Shown here: positions 28,514 through 38,820 of the stretch, piece after piece | How the letters are laid out: each line of letters opens with the position of its first letter | Position numbering within the stretch: the first letter of the stretch is position 1 | Origin: an uncultured Actinomycetota bacterium | GTDB taxonomy: Bacteria > Actinomycetota > Acidimicrobiia > Spongiisociales > UBA4744 | Reading direction: 5' to 3' | Assembly (NCBI GenBank): GCA_963723165.1 | Contig: CAVRPP010000013.1 | Coordinates: 25,103-89,102 of the forward strand | DNA length: 64,000 nucleotides | The notes under the pieces: model-generated | Told to the model about the DNA's origin: nothing | Databases searched by the model: none | What the model saw: the letters and a program-made list of their open reading frames with translations, nothing else | Made by a program: the position numbers and the translations under genes

Positions 28514-30016
28514 ATGGAGTGGCGTCATCGCGAATCCTTCACATGGGCCACCGTGCTGGCCTTGACCGTCGTCAGCCTGGCCGCCTGCACCGGACCGCCC
28601 GCTGTCCCGGCCGCGGAAGATCCGTTCGGTGTTGCGTGGGATGACCGGTCCGCATTCCAACAAGGGCTTGTGGGGACGACAGAAATCGAGGGCCTGGTTG
28701 GGGCCACCGTCTACCACATCGACGTGGTGATCAACCCCGAATTGGATGGTCTCATCGGTCGTGAGTGGGTCCAGTACACAAACCGGGAAACGGAATCCCT
28801 GGAGGAGATCTACCTGCAACTGTTCGCCAATGCCACCGGCGCCGACATGGCAGTTTCCTCCCTCTCGATAGCAGGTACCGAGATCGTCCCGGTCCTGGAG
28901 TGGTCGGATACGGCGCTCAGGGTCGCGCTCCCGACGGCCTTGCCGCCAGGTGAGGCAGTCACCGTGCAGGTGGATTTCGACATCCGCTTCGGCCAAGAGG
29001 GGGTCGGCAGCCGTGGTGTGCTCGGGTACTTCGACGAGTTCTTGCTACTCGACGGCTTCTACCCGGTTGTTCTGGTCTTCGACGATGAAGGCTGGAACGT
29101 GCAGGAACTCGTACCGATTGGTGACATGACCTATCTCGATGCTTCGTTCTTCTTGGTGCGTTTGACCGCGCCACGTGATCTCGATCTTGTTGCAACTGGA
29201 ACCGAGGTCGAACGGGATCGCGCCGGACGAGATCAGGTGGTCACATTTGCCGCCGGACCCGCCAGAGATTTCTCCGTGGCGGCCGCCCCCGACCTCGGCC
29301 TATTCCGCGAGCGGGCGGGGGAGACGGTCATCAACAGCTATGCCCGGTCAGAGGACAGCGACGGAGCAGAAACCGCTCTGCGCTTTGCCGTTGATGCGCT
29401 GACGTTGTTCCACCAGCGCTTCGGTCCTTACCCTTATACCGAGTTTGATGTGATCGGCACCCCCATGCAGTTCCTCGGTATCGAATACCCGGGAATGACC
29501 ACGATTTCACGTGCCATGTACGACCTCGAATCCTTCGTCGCGGACCTGCCGGCGGCGGTCATGCTCGAAGGCACAGTCGTGCACGAGGTTGCTCACCAGT
29601 GGTTCTACAACGTCGTCGGCAACGACCAGCTTGATGAGCCCTGGCTCGACGAGGCCCTCGCCCAGTTCCTCACCGGGCTCTATTACCGGGAGGTCTACGG
29701 CGACCAAGCGGAACAGGAGTACCGCCGGTCCTGGGTCTCCAGATGGGATCGCATCCAGAGTGAGCTGATCCCCATTGGCCTTTCGACCAGTCGGTACGCC
29801 GCAGAGGAATACTCGCCCATCGTGTACGGGCGCGGCCCGCTGTTCTTGTCCGAACTGGAGGATCGGATGGGGCGGGAGGAATTTGCAGGGTTTCTCCGCG
29901 ACTACGTGAAGACCAACCGCTGGGGGATAGCCACCGGCGATGGCTTCCGTGCTCTGGCCGAACAGCACTGTGGATGCGACCTCGGTGAGGTCTTTGCGAC
30001 CTGGGTGGACGGTTGA
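28514..30016 (+). CDS. M1 family zinc metallopeptidase, predicted lipoprotein
   Basis: GIEYP, HEVAHQW...WLDEALA, VYGRG; LAAC lipobox. Confidence 0.9.
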   Translation: MEWRHRESFTWATVLALTVVSLAACTGPPAVPAAEDPFGVAWDDRSAFQQGLVGTTEIEGLVGATVYHIDVVINPELDGLIGREWVQYTNRETESLEEIYLQLFANATGADMAVSSLSIAGTEIVPVLEWSDTALRVALPTALPPGEAVTVQVDFDIRFGQEGVGSRGVLGYFDEFLLLDGFYPVVLVFDDEGWNVQELVPIGDMTYLDASFFLVRLTAPRDLDLVATGTEVERDRAGRDQVVTFAAGPARDFSVAAAPDLGLFRERAGETVINSYARSEDSDGAETALRFAVDALTLFHQRFGPYPYTEFDVIGTPMQFLGIEYPGMTTISRAMYDLESFVADLPAAVMLEGTVVHEVAHQWFYNVVGNDQLDEPWLDEALAQFLTGLYYREVYGDQAEQEYRRSWVSRWDRIQSELIPIGLSTSRYAAEEYSPIVYGRGPLFLSELEDRMGREEFAGFLRDYVKTNRWGIATGDGFRALAEQHCGCDLGEVFATWVDG

Positions 30017-30164
30017 AGCCAGGAAGGTGATTTCACCGGGAAACTGCGTGGTGGGCTGCAGGAAGTCGGTCGCTCTCCAGGCGATTGCGGCTGCGCAAGG
30101 CTGCCGGACTTCTTAGTTCTGACCTTCTCAGGTATCGTCCTGATCGTCCGGCGGGGAGCAGTTT

Positions 30165-30746
30165 CTGGCTGATCAGGCTGATTTCGAGAAAGACGCGATG
30201 GAGTTTGCGCCGCAGCTGTATTCGGCGGCGCTCCGCATGACGCGCAATGCGGCCGATGCTGAGGATGTGGTGCAGGAAACATACCTGAAGGCCTATCGGG
30301 CGTACCACACGTTTCAAGCGGGAACCAACCTGAAAGCGTGGCTGTATCGGATCCTCACCAACACCTACATAAACCGGTACCGCAAGCAAGTGCGCCGGCC
30401 CAATGAGGTGGAATTCGGTGAGGTTGAAGACCTGTATCTCTACAAACGAATGGGCGCGGTCGAGTCGGGGCGCGCCGCCAGAAGTGCCGAAGATCAGGTT
30501 CTCGAGCACTTCGTAGATGCCGACGTGAAAGCGGCAGTCGAGGAACTTCCCGAACACTTCCGGATGCCTGTCCTGCTGGCCGACGTGGAGGGGTTTTCCT
30601 ACAAAGAGATTGCCGAGATCCTGGACGTCCCCATCGGGACGGTGATGTCGCGTCTCCATAGGGGAAGAAAGGCACTCCAAAAAGCGTTATGGGTGTTTGC
30701 GGAGGAACACGGTCTGACGGGAGAACAGGTGGCAGGAGATGACTAA
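30165..30746 (+). CDS. SigH/SigR-type ECF sigma factor (probable CTG start at 30165; first ATG at 30198)
   Basis: [55 protein letters not shown]; followed by zinc anti-sigma. Confidence 0.9.
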   Translation: MADQADFEKDAMEFAPQLYSAALRMTRNAADAEDVVQETYLKAYRAYHTFQAGTNLKAWLYRILTNTYINRYRKQVRRPNEVEFGEVEDLYLYKRMGAVESGRAARSAEDQVLEHFVDADVKAAVEELPEHFRMPVLLADVEGFSYKEIAEILDVPIGTVMSRLHRGRKALQKALWVFAEEHGLTGEQVAGDD

Positions 30747-30987
30747 GCACAACTGCGAAGACGCTGTAGCGCACATCTACTTCTACCTCGACGACGAGAT
30801 CGGATGGTTCAGGAAAGTTCGGATCAAGCGCCACCTGAAGAAGTGCCCCCCCTGCGAGGGCGCCTTCGGGTTTGAACACAACCTGAAGGCCATCGTGCGT
30901 GAGCGCCTCCGCGAGGAACCGCAACCGGAAGTGATGGACAGGCTGCGCACCTACCTGAGAGAAAACGAGTCCGGCTTCGGGAATTAG
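30739..30987 (+). CDS. Zinc-binding anti-sigma factor (RshA/RsrA-like, zf-HC2)
   Basis: N-terminal Cys, [13 protein letters not shown] (HxxxCxxC). Confidence 0.88.
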   Translation: MTKHNCEDAVAHIYFYLDDEIGWFRKVRIKRHLKKCPPCEGAFGFEHNLKAIVRERLREEPQPEVMDRLRTYLRENESGFGN

Positions 30988-31029
30988 TCACTCGCCCCGA
31001 TTCACAGCTGCGGGTAGTCTGTAGCGGCC

Positions 31030-31341
31030 ATGTCAAACCTCCAGCGTCGATCAACGGTCTTTGCCCTCATCGGTCTCCTCGTCATGGTGCTGGCTCCGGC
31101 CGGGAAAGCGCAGGAGGCCCCGACCGATTCAACGGCTCCTGCCGAAGAACCCGCCGTGGTCGTCGACATTCCCGAACCTGCGGTCGAGGTCAATCCGGCG
31201 GCTCCTGCGGAGGTCGAGCAGGCATGGACGTTCCGGTATTTGATTCCGACCTCCCTCGTCATAGCTCTACTGGTCGTCGTCGGCAGCATCGTGGCGTATT
31301 TTCTCAAGGTGGTGCGGACCAGGTACCGGCTGATCCAGTGA
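31030..31341 (+). CDS. Small hypothetical membrane protein
   Basis: Signal peptide, acidic Pro/Ala linker, WTFRYL plus TM helix; GTGA overlap with next gene. Confidence 0.6.
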   Translation: MSNLQRRSTVFALIGLLVMVLAPAGKAQEAPTDSTAPAEEPAVVVDIPEPAVEVNPAAPAEVEQAWTFRYLIPTSLVIALLVVVGSIVAYFLKVVRTRYRLIQ

Positions 31342-32393
31342 GCGGCCAGATTCCCTGGTCGTCTGCTGCCGGAATTGCGGGGAGAGTGGCCGGCCACTAT
31401 CCGCTGGGCGGCACCTATCACGAGCGCCTGCTGCGGAGCCAGGCTCCCGAATTTGTTGATCGGGCCGGCCGGCTCGTTGTGGAAGAGACCGGCCTGACCG
31501 GCCCGGGCGTGCCGACCGTGGCGGTTGTGTCCCGTCTGGAATGGGCCGAACAGAACATCCGGTTCTTCACGAAGATGCTGGAACCGGCCGAAGAGCGCTT
31601 GACCGAGCGGTTCCGGGAGTCCGGTTTGATTGGCAAAGCTGCTGCCCGTACTTCCCAGCGCCTCGTTGCGGCCGAGATGGGAGCACTGCTGGGCTTCATG
31701 GCTCGTCGCGTGCTGGGCCAGTACGAATTGGTGTTGCCGGCCGACGAGGAAAACGATGGAGACACGGTCTATCTCGTCGGCGAGAACGTCCTGAGTCTCG
31801 AGCGTACGCATCAGTTCCGTCCCCTCGAATTCCGCTTCTGGTTGGCGCTGCACGAGTGCACGCACCGGTTGCAGTTCGTAGGAATCCCCTGGATGCAGGA
31901 CTACTTTCTGGGGCTCGTTCAGAAGCTGGTCGCGACTGCTCAACCTGAACCGGGCCGGTTCGGGAGGCTGGTAGCCGAGGCGCGGACCGCCGCCTCCGAA
32001 GGTCGTCCTCTGGTCGGAGATACGGGTCTGTTGGGTTTGTTTGCATCCGATGACCAGCGAGCCATGCTGGATCAGGTTCAGGCCTTGATGTCATTCCTGG
32101 AGGGACACGGTCACGTCGTAATGGATCGCATCGGTAGTCGCGTCCTCGTCACACAGCGGCGAATGTCGGACACGTTGAAGAATCGTCGTAAAGATCCACG
32201 CACTGCGGCTTTCTATCGCTTGACCGGCCTCGAAATGAAGATGCGACAGTACGAGCTCGGTGAACAGTTTGTGCTCGGCGTCGAACGTCGAGCCGGGTGG
32301 GCAGCGCTGGATCACGCTTGGGAAAGCCCGGATCATCTGCCGACCCTGGAAGAGATCGAGCATCCGGAACGATGGCTGGCTCGCGTCGCCTGA
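31338..32393 (+). CDS. Zinc-dependent metalloprotease (DUF2342/Rv3626c-like)
   Basis: VLGQYE, FRFWLALHECTHRLQF, MSFLEGHG, KMRQYELG; usual position upstream of tilS. Confidence 0.88.
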   Translation: MSGQIPWSSAAGIAGRVAGHYPLGGTYHERLLRSQAPEFVDRAGRLVVEETGLTGPGVPTVAVVSRLEWAEQNIRFFTKMLEPAEERLTERFRESGLIGKAAARTSQRLVAAEMGALLGFMARRVLGQYELVLPADEENDGDTVYLVGENVLSLERTHQFRPLEFRFWLALHECTHRLQFVGIPWMQDYFLGLVQKLVATAQPEPGRFGRLVAEARTAASEGRPLVGDTGLLGLFASDDQRAMLDQVQALMSFLEGHGHVVMDRIGSRVLVTQRRMSDTLKNRRKDPRTAAFYRLTGLEMKMRQYELGEQFVLGVERRAGWAALDHAWESPDHLPTLEEIEHPERWLARVA

Positions 32394-33705
32394 CCGACCT
32401 GAGCGAGGCCGTCCTCGCTCGCGTCGAAGAACATCTGCCGGAGGGACGCCTTGTCGTCGCCCTGAGTGGTGGCGCCGATAGCGCCGTTTGCGCCTGGGCG
32501 GCCGTCCGTTTGGGAGCCGACGTGCGGACCGTCCACGTCGACCACGGGTGGCCGGCTTCAGGGGGGTTGCGCCGGGCTGCACAGGCGGTAGCGGGGAACC
32601 TGGCGGTCGACTTTCTGGCGGTCCCGACGCACCCATACCCCGGACCAACGGCGGAGGGGCAGGCCAGGATGGTTCGCTACGCCGCTCTCGAAAACGAATT
32701 GGATGAAGACGAGTGGTTGCTGACCGGGCACACGATGGACGATCATGCCGAAACCGTCCTCGGCAATCTCGTGCGGGGAGCCGGGTCGGCCGGTTTGTCT
32801 GGCATTCCGCGAAAAGAGGTCGAATCGTGCGCCCTCTTCTGGATGTCTCTCGCACGGAGACCCGCGAACTGGCGGCGCTGCTGGGTCTGCCCTGGGCAGA
32901 CGATCCAACCAATCTGGATGGTTCGCTCCGTCGCAATGCTCTCCGACTTGACCTCATTCCCTACGTCGAAAGCCACTTCAATCCATCGTTTCGCTCGGCC
33001 CTGATCAGATTGGCGTCCTCGCTCGCGATCGACGAGGAGCACCTCGAGAAGGAGGCGCTCACCGTACCGGTCGAAGTTGGCCCTTCGAATGTGCGTTTGC
33101 CGGCCGCCCGGTTGGCAACTGCGCCCCGTCCGATCGCCGCCCGGGCCGTCCGCCGAGCCCTGCGAGCCGCGCGCGACGACGGGTATCCGGGTTCGGCGGC
33201 CGAGGTGGTCGCGGTCCTTGTGGTTGCAGGCGGGGGTCCGCCTACCGAGTTGGCAGGTCCCATTCGGGTTGAGCGGGACGGCCCCTGGTTGACGCTGAGA
33301 AAGCCTGAGGAAGTAGGGGCCCCCCCGGCGCAGGATTGGGCACTGCCCGGGAGGGTTCGATTCGGATCCTGGACACTCGAAGCGTGGGTGGAGGAGATCC
33401 CGCCCCGGGTGTTTCCGCTGTCGGCCTTCGCCGAGGTATTCGATGCCGACCAGGTACCGGACTCGGCCGTCGTGCGGAGCGCACTACCCGGTGACGGAAT
33501 CGCCATTGTTGGAGGCACCAAGCCGCTGTCGGCTGTTTTCGGTGAAGCCCGGGTCGCTGCAGCCGAACGGCCGCGGTGGCCCGTGGTAGCCGCTGCCGGA
33601 GACGTGATCTGGGTTCCCGGGGTGCGGCGGGCCGACGCCGGTTGGGTGGAGAAGGCTACGACACGCTACCTTTGGGTGCGCGCCGAATTGGAGGGATCTT
33701 CGTGA
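32372..33705 (+). CDS. tilS: tRNA(Ile)-lysidine synthase, split by a one-base deletion at 32812-32815 (probable sequencing error)
   Basis: ALSGGADS, VDHG, GHTMDDHAETV in first frame; IVRPLL, DPTN, RNALR in second; adding one A gives GIPRKRGRIVRPLL. Confidence 0.9.
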
Positions 33706-34229
33706 ACGTGGAGAGGGTGCTGATCTCAGCCGAGGAGATCGCAACGAAGCTGGCGGAAATGGGCCGGGCCATAACAGCCGACTACCAGGACAAAGACTTG
33801 CTGATCGTGGGAGTCTTGAAAGGCGCGTTTCTCGTGATGGCCGACCTGGCGCGCCAAATCGAACTTCCCGTCGAGTTCGACTTCATGGCCGTTTCTTCCT
33901 ACGGCGCCGCCACCCAGACATCCGGCGTTGTCCGGATCCTGAAAGATCTCGACCAGGAGATCGCCGGCCGGCACGTGCTCATCGTCGAGGACATCATCGA
34001 TTCGGGACTGACCCTCAATTACCTCCTGAAGAGTTTGCGGGTTCGCCGTCCGGAATCGCTCGAAGTAGCCGCCCTTCTGGTCAAGGAAGGCATCCAGCGG
34101 ACCCCGCTCGAAGTCAAGTACACCGGGTTCACGATCGGGCCCGAATTCGTGATCGGCTATGGACTCGACTACGCAGGCAAGTTCCGCAATCTGCCCTACA
34201 TCGGTGTCATGGACGAAAGCTCTCTCTAG
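33702..34229 (+). CDS. hpt: Hypoxanthine phosphoribosyltransferase
   Basis: VLKGA, VSSYG, VLIVEDIIDSGLTL, FVIGYGLDY, RNLPY. Confidence 0.96.
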   Translation: MNVERVLISAEEIATKLAEMGRAITADYQDKDLLIVGVLKGAFLVMADLARQIELPVEFDFMAVSSYGAATQTSGVVRILKDLDQEIAGRHVLIVEDIIDSGLTLNYLLKSLRVRRPESLEVAALLVKEGIQRTPLEVKYTGFTIGPEFVIGYGLDYAGKFRNLPYIGVMDESSL

Positions 34230-34233
34230 GACA

Positions 34234-34400
34234 CTTCCTCCCCCGGGCGAACGAAGTGAGCATTGAGGGGAGAGTCGAGCCTGAGGAGGCTCGACGGAGG
34301 GGGTTCGCTCCCAGCAACGAGGCCCGGAGTGAGTCAAGAGCGCTGACCTTGCAGTGCTCAGTCTTGACAACGGACAGCTGATTACTGATTACTGATAACT
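34234..34400. repeat. Composite intergenic repeat (C-tract/G-tract double hairpin plus CTGATWA heptamers)
   Basis: GTCGAGCCT/AGGCTCGAC hairpin followed by GGAGGGGG; CTGATTA CTGATTA CTGATAA at 34378-34398. Confidence 0.7.
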
Positions 34401-34517
34401 CGCACTGTGGCATACCTCCAGAAACGGCATACCATGGTCTCAACTACCGGTTTGCGCCCATCACAGACAGTGATACGGTGATGCCCGGGCAACGCAGCTA
34501 ACTCGGCAAGGAGTGTC

Positions 34518-36440
34518 TTGACCCGCACGTTCCGCTCCATTTTGATCTACGGGGTGATAGCGCTCGTCATGCTGATCGTGTTGCAGCAGATGATGGGTAG
34601 CGTCGCTCAACCGGAGGAGATCTCGTACAGCGAGTTCTGGGACCGGGTCGAGAATGGTCAGGTGGAATCAGCCCTGCTGATGACCAAGTCCAACGTGGTC
34701 ACGGGCCAGTTCATCGACACTCCGGGAGACGACCCCGACTACCGGATCGAGTATCCCCCGGAAGAGGAGGACGAACTGTCCGCCCGCCTACGCGGGGCAG
34801 GTGTCGAAGTCGACATCGACGGAGAACCAGCCGGGATCTGGGAGATCTTGTTGAGCTTCCTCCCGTGGCTGTTCCTGATCGGGTTCATGGTCTTCATCTT
34901 CATGCAGATGCAGGGCAGCGGTAATCGTGTCATGCAGTTCGGTAAGTCCCGTGCCAAGCAGGTCACCAAGGACATGCCCAAGGTCACCTTCCAGGACGTT
35001 GCCGGCCTCGACGAAGCCATCGAAGAGTTGGAAGAGCTCAAAGAATTCTTACAGAACCCCGACAAGTTCCGGGCCATGGGAGCCAAGATCCCGAAAGGGG
35101 TTCTGCTGTTCGGCCCGCCCGGTACGGGCAAGACGTTGCTGGCCAGGGCCGTTGCCGGCGAGGCAGGCGTGCCCTTCTTCACGATCTCTGGGTCCGACTT
35201 TGTCGAGATGTTTGTCGGAGTTGGCGCCAGCCGGGTTCGAGATTTGTTCGAGCAAGCCAAAGCGCAGGCGCCGGCGATCGTGTTCATCGACGAGATCGAT
35301 GCGGTTGGCCGCCACCGGGGTGCCGGTTTGGGCGGTGGCCACGATGAGCGTGAACAAACGCTGAACCAGTTGCTGGTCGAACTCGATGGATTCGACGTCA
35401 ACAGCGGTGTCATCGTGATCGCCGGTACCAACCGGCCCGACATCCTCGACCCTGCTCTACTGCGACCGGGCCGTTTCGACCGGCAGATCGTCGTCGATCG
35501 AGCCGACCTGGCCGGCCGCAAAGCGATACTGGCTGTGCATGCACGCGGCAAACCGCTGGGAGACGACATCGACCTCGAGGTGCTCGCCCGGCAAACCCCT
35601 GGTTTCACCGGGGCTGATCTGGCCAACCTGATCAACGAGGCCGCGATTCTGGCAGCCCGGCGCGAGAAGACGGAGATCTCGATGGACGAACTCGAGGAAT
35701 CCATTGAACGGGTCATCGCCGGCCCGGAGCGCAAAAGCCGGTTGATCTCCGAGGAAGAGAAGCTCGTTATCGCCTACCACGAGACCGGTCACGCTCTGGT
35801 CGGTTGGGCTCTCCCGATGGCCGATCCCATCCACAAAGTCACGATCATTCCGCGGGGCCGCTCCCTTGGGCATACCCAGGCCTTGCCGACCGAGGACAAA
35901 TATCTAATGCGGCGCAGCGAGCTCGTCGACCAGCTCGCCATGCTGCTCGGTGGGCGAACGGCTGAAGAGCTGATCTTCGTCGATCCCACCACCGGGGCAG
36001 CCAACGACATCGAGAAGGCGACTGACATCGCCCGCAAGATGGTGATGGAATACGGCATGAGCGACCGGCTGGGGCCCATGCAATACGGACACGCCAACGG
36101 CGAGGTGTTCCTCGGCCGGGACTACGGTCGTCAGCAGGATTACTCGGACGAGGTTGCTTCATTCATCGACGCCGAAGTTCGCAAACTGATCAGCCAGGCT
36201 CACGAAGAAGCCCGCCAGATCCTGGCGACCCATCGCGACGCTCTCGACCGCATGGCCAACGTATTGATGGAACGTGAGACCATCGACGCCGCCGAGGTAG
36301 CAGAAGTGTTTGTCGATGTTCCCAAATGGGAGCACGCTGAAAGCGGAGCGATGCGGATTCAGATCCCCAACGGCCACAACGGGGCCGCGGAGTCGGTCAT
36401 CCCCGACAGCGTTGCGGCCGCTCGCGAACCGAGTTCCTGA
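34518..36440 (+). CDS. ftsH: ATP-dependent zinc metalloprotease FtsH
   Basis: Two TM helices, [28 protein letters not shown]. Confidence 0.97.
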   Translation: MTRTFRSILIYGVIALVMLIVLQQMMGSVAQPEEISYSEFWDRVENGQVESALLMTKSNVVTGQFIDTPGDDPDYRIEYPPEEEDELSARLRGAGVEVDIDGEPAGIWEILLSFLPWLFLIGFMVFIFMQMQGSGNRVMQFGKSRAKQVTKDMPKVTFQDVAGLDEAIEELEELKEFLQNPDKFRAMGAKIPKGVLLFGPPGTGKTLLARAVAGEAGVPFFTISGSDFVEMFVGVGASRVRDLFEQAKAQAPAIVFIDEIDAVGRHRGAGLGGGHDEREQTLNQLLVELDGFDVNSGVIVIAGTNRPDILDPALLRPGRFDRQIVVDRADLAGRKAILAVHARGKPLGDDIDLEVLARQTPGFTGADLANLINEAAILAARREKTEISMDELEESIERVIAGPERKSRLISEEEKLVIAYHETGHALVGWALPMADPIHKVTIIPRGRSLGHTQALPTEDKYLMRRSELVDQLAMLLGGRTAEELIFVDPTTGAANDIEKATDIARKMVMEYGMSDRLGPMQYGHANGEVFLGRDYGRQQDYSDEVASFIDAEVRKLISQAHEEARQILATHRDALDRMANVLMERETIDAAEVAEVFVDVPKWEHAESGAMRIQIPNGHNGAAESVIPDSVAAAREPSS

Positions 36441-36458
36441 TCTGAAGGGCACTTCTCA

Positions 36459-37049
36459 ATGACGGCCAACGACTCCCATGGACCCCCGGACCTCGACGCC
36501 ATAGCCGGGGCCGTCCGCACCATTCTGGAAGCGATCGGGGAGGATCCCGAACGGGAAGGACTGGTCGATACGCCGAAACGGGTTGCCAAGATGTATGCAG
36601 AGGTCTTCGGTGGCCTCCGCAAGGATCCCGGCGCTATCGTCGAAACGATCTTTGAAGATGAAGAACATCATGAGATCGTCATGGTGAAAGACATTCCGTT
36701 CTACTCGATGTGCGAGCACCACCTCGTTCCCTTCCATGGCCGTGCCCACGTGGCCTATACCCCGCGAGGCACCGTCACCGGACTATCCAAACTCGCCCGG
36801 CTTGTCGACACCTATGCCCGCCGCCCGCAGATGCAGGAGCGACTCACCACTCAGGTTGCCGACACTTTGATGGACACTCTGAAGCCCTACGGGGTGATGG
36901 TGGTGGTCGAGGCGGAGCACCTCTGCATGAGCATGCGCGGCATCAAGAAACCGGGCGCGACGACAGTCACTTCCGCCGTGCGAGGCGCTTTCTGCGAGGA
37001 CGCCGCGGCCCGATCGGAGGCTATGTCGCTGGTCTTCGGAGGCCGTTGA
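36459..37049 (+). CDS. folE: GTP cyclohydrolase I
   Basis: [36 protein letters not shown]. Confidence 0.97.
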   Translation: MTANDSHGPPDLDAIAGAVRTILEAIGEDPEREGLVDTPKRVAKMYAEVFGGLRKDPGAIVETIFEDEEHHEIVMVKDIPFYSMCEHHLVPFHGRAHVAYTPRGTVTGLSKLARLVDTYARRPQMQERLTTQVADTLMDTLKPYGVMVVVEAEHLCMSMRGIKKPGATTVTSAVRGAFCEDAAARSEAMSLVFGGR

Positions 37050-37050
37050 T

Positions 37051-37905
37051 TTGGTTCAGTGGGCGATCCGAGACCGGGTACTTTCAACCACAGACCGCAC
37101 ATTGATCATGGGGGTGGTCAACGTCACTCCCGACTCCTTCTCGGACGGGGGTCGTTTTCTGGGGTCCGACCGGGCCATTTCTCACGGACGACGTCTGCAC
37201 GCCGACGGTGCCGATCTCGTGGACGTGGGCGGTGAGTCGACCCGCCCCGGCGCAGAGGCAGTCTCCGCGACCGTAGAGATCAAACGAGTGATTCCGGCGG
37301 TTGCCGGGTTGGTCGCGGCCGGTGTCCCCGTATCCGTGGACACTTCAAAACCGGAGGTGGCGGCGGCGGCGCTGGCCGAAGGTGCAGTCGTGGTCAACGA
37401 CGTCTCGGCGTTCGGTCACCCCGATATGGCTCCGCTCGTCGCGGAAGCCGGATGTGGGGCAGTCTTGATGCACATGCCGGGGACACCGCAGGTGATGCAG
37501 GACAATCCGACCTACGGGGATGTGGTCGTCGAAGTTCGCGACTTCTTGTTGGAACGGGCCGCCGTGGCAGAACGCGCCGGGGTAGAACCGTCCCGGATCT
37601 GCGTCGATCCGGGGATAGGATTCGGGAAGGCCCAGCGGCACAACCTGCAGCTTCTCGCCCGTCTGGATCTCCTCGTAGCAACCGGCTATCCGGTGTTGAT
37701 CGGAACATCGCGCAAGTCCTTTCTCGGGAAGATTCTCGATGAACCCGACCCTGCTGAGCGCGACGTCGCCACTGCCGCTACGGTGGCGATAGCAGCGACC
37801 CGGGGGGCGGCCGTCGTGCGTGTCCACAACGTGGCGATGACCCGTCAGGCGGTGTTGATAGCCGATGCCATTGTCCGCTCGATCGAAGTGGAGGAAGGGC
37901 CGTGA
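37051..37905 (+). CDS. folP: Dihydropteroate synthase
   Basis: NVTPDSFSDGG, GGESTRPG, DPGIGFGK, SRKSF, RVHNV. Confidence 0.96.
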   Translation: MVQWAIRDRVLSTTDRTLIMGVVNVTPDSFSDGGRFLGSDRAISHGRRLHADGADLVDVGGESTRPGAEAVSATVEIKRVIPAVAGLVAAGVPVSVDTSKPEVAAAALAEGAVVVNDVSAFGHPDMAPLVAEAGCGAVLMHMPGTPQVMQDNPTYGDVVVEVRDFLLERAAVAERAGVEPSRICVDPGIGFGKAQRHNLQLLARLDLLVATGYPVLIGTSRKSFLGKILDEPDPAERDVATAATVAIAATRGAAVVRVHNVAMTRQAVLIADAIVRSIEVEEGP

Positions 37906-38378
37906 CCGGTCTCAAACCGAGAGAATTTGTCTGGGTGATTCAGGGTCGGCTGGCCGTGTCCGAACGGATTGGCGGGTACGGGATCCAACATCGGCGAGTT
38001 CGACGGGAAGAGGAGATCCTCTGGCTCAAAGAGGAAGCAGGCATTACCACCGTTTTCTCACTCCTCGGCGGGTCGCAGAATCTGGCCAGCTATCGGGACT
38101 CGGGGTTCGACGTGAGCGGCGAACCGCTCACCGCCGATTACGAGCCGGCCGATGTCCAGCGAGTATTCAAGGGCCTCGACGGGGCGCTCAAAGACCCGCA
38201 GGCAGTCGTTCTCGTCCATCGCGATCTCGTCGATGACACGCTGGCGGGAGTCCTGGCCGGGTATCTCGTGCATTCCGAATTGATCGACGATCCGATCCTC
38301 GCCTCGGCCCTCATCCAGGAGATTCTCAAACGCCCCCTCGGTCCTGAAGGTCGGTCACTGATCCCCGTTCCCTCGTGA
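37902..38378 (+). CDS. Hypothetical protein, possible inactive protein-tyrosine-phosphatase-like fold
   Basis: WVIQGRLAVS, WLKEEAGITTVFSL, VLVH without the CX5R motif; GTGA coupling to folP. Confidence 0.55.
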   Translation: MTGLKPREFVWVIQGRLAVSERIGGYGIQHRRVRREEEILWLKEEAGITTVFSLLGGSQNLASYRDSGFDVSGEPLTADYEPADVQRVFKGLDGALKDPQAVVLVHRDLVDDTLAGVLAGYLVHSELIDDPILASALIQEILKRPLGPEGRSLIPVPS

Positions 38379-38451
38379 GAGCCGGCCGAAGGGTGATGGC
38401 GGAGCGCCGCGGTCGTGCGAATCGAACAAATCTGCCCTGCCGGTCACTGTA

Positions 38452-38820
38452 TTGACGATGAACGGCGACACGATCACCCTCACCGGACTTCGAATCTTTG
38501 CGTTTCACGGGGTTCTGGCAGAAGAGAAGTCCTCGGGTCAGGAGTTTGTGGTGGATGTCGTCTTGCACATCGACCTCTCTATTCCCGCTTCGTCCGACGA
38601 TCTGGCAGACACGGTCGATTACGGGGCTTTGGCCGATGCTATTCACGCAAGGGTGTCCGACGAACGGTGGGATCTCATTGAACGGGTTGCAGGCCGTGTC
38701 GCGGATCTCGTAATGGAGGATCAGCGGGTAGGGGCGGTTGAGGTGCGCATACACAAGCCGGCCGCCCCGATCGCCGTTCCGTTCGACGATGTCGTGGTCG
38801 AACTGCGACGCGAGCGATGA
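38452..38820 (+). CDS. folB: Dihydroneopterin aldolase
   Basis: FHGV..EEK..GQEF.VD, SDDLADTVDYG, LIERVA, HKPAAP; start may be 38458. Confidence 0.95.
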   Translation: MTMNGDTITLTGLRIFAFHGVLAEEKSSGQEFVVDVVLHIDLSIPASSDDLADTVDYGALADAIHARVSDERWDLIERVAGRVADLVMEDQRVGAVEVRIHKPAAPIAVPFDDVVVELRRER

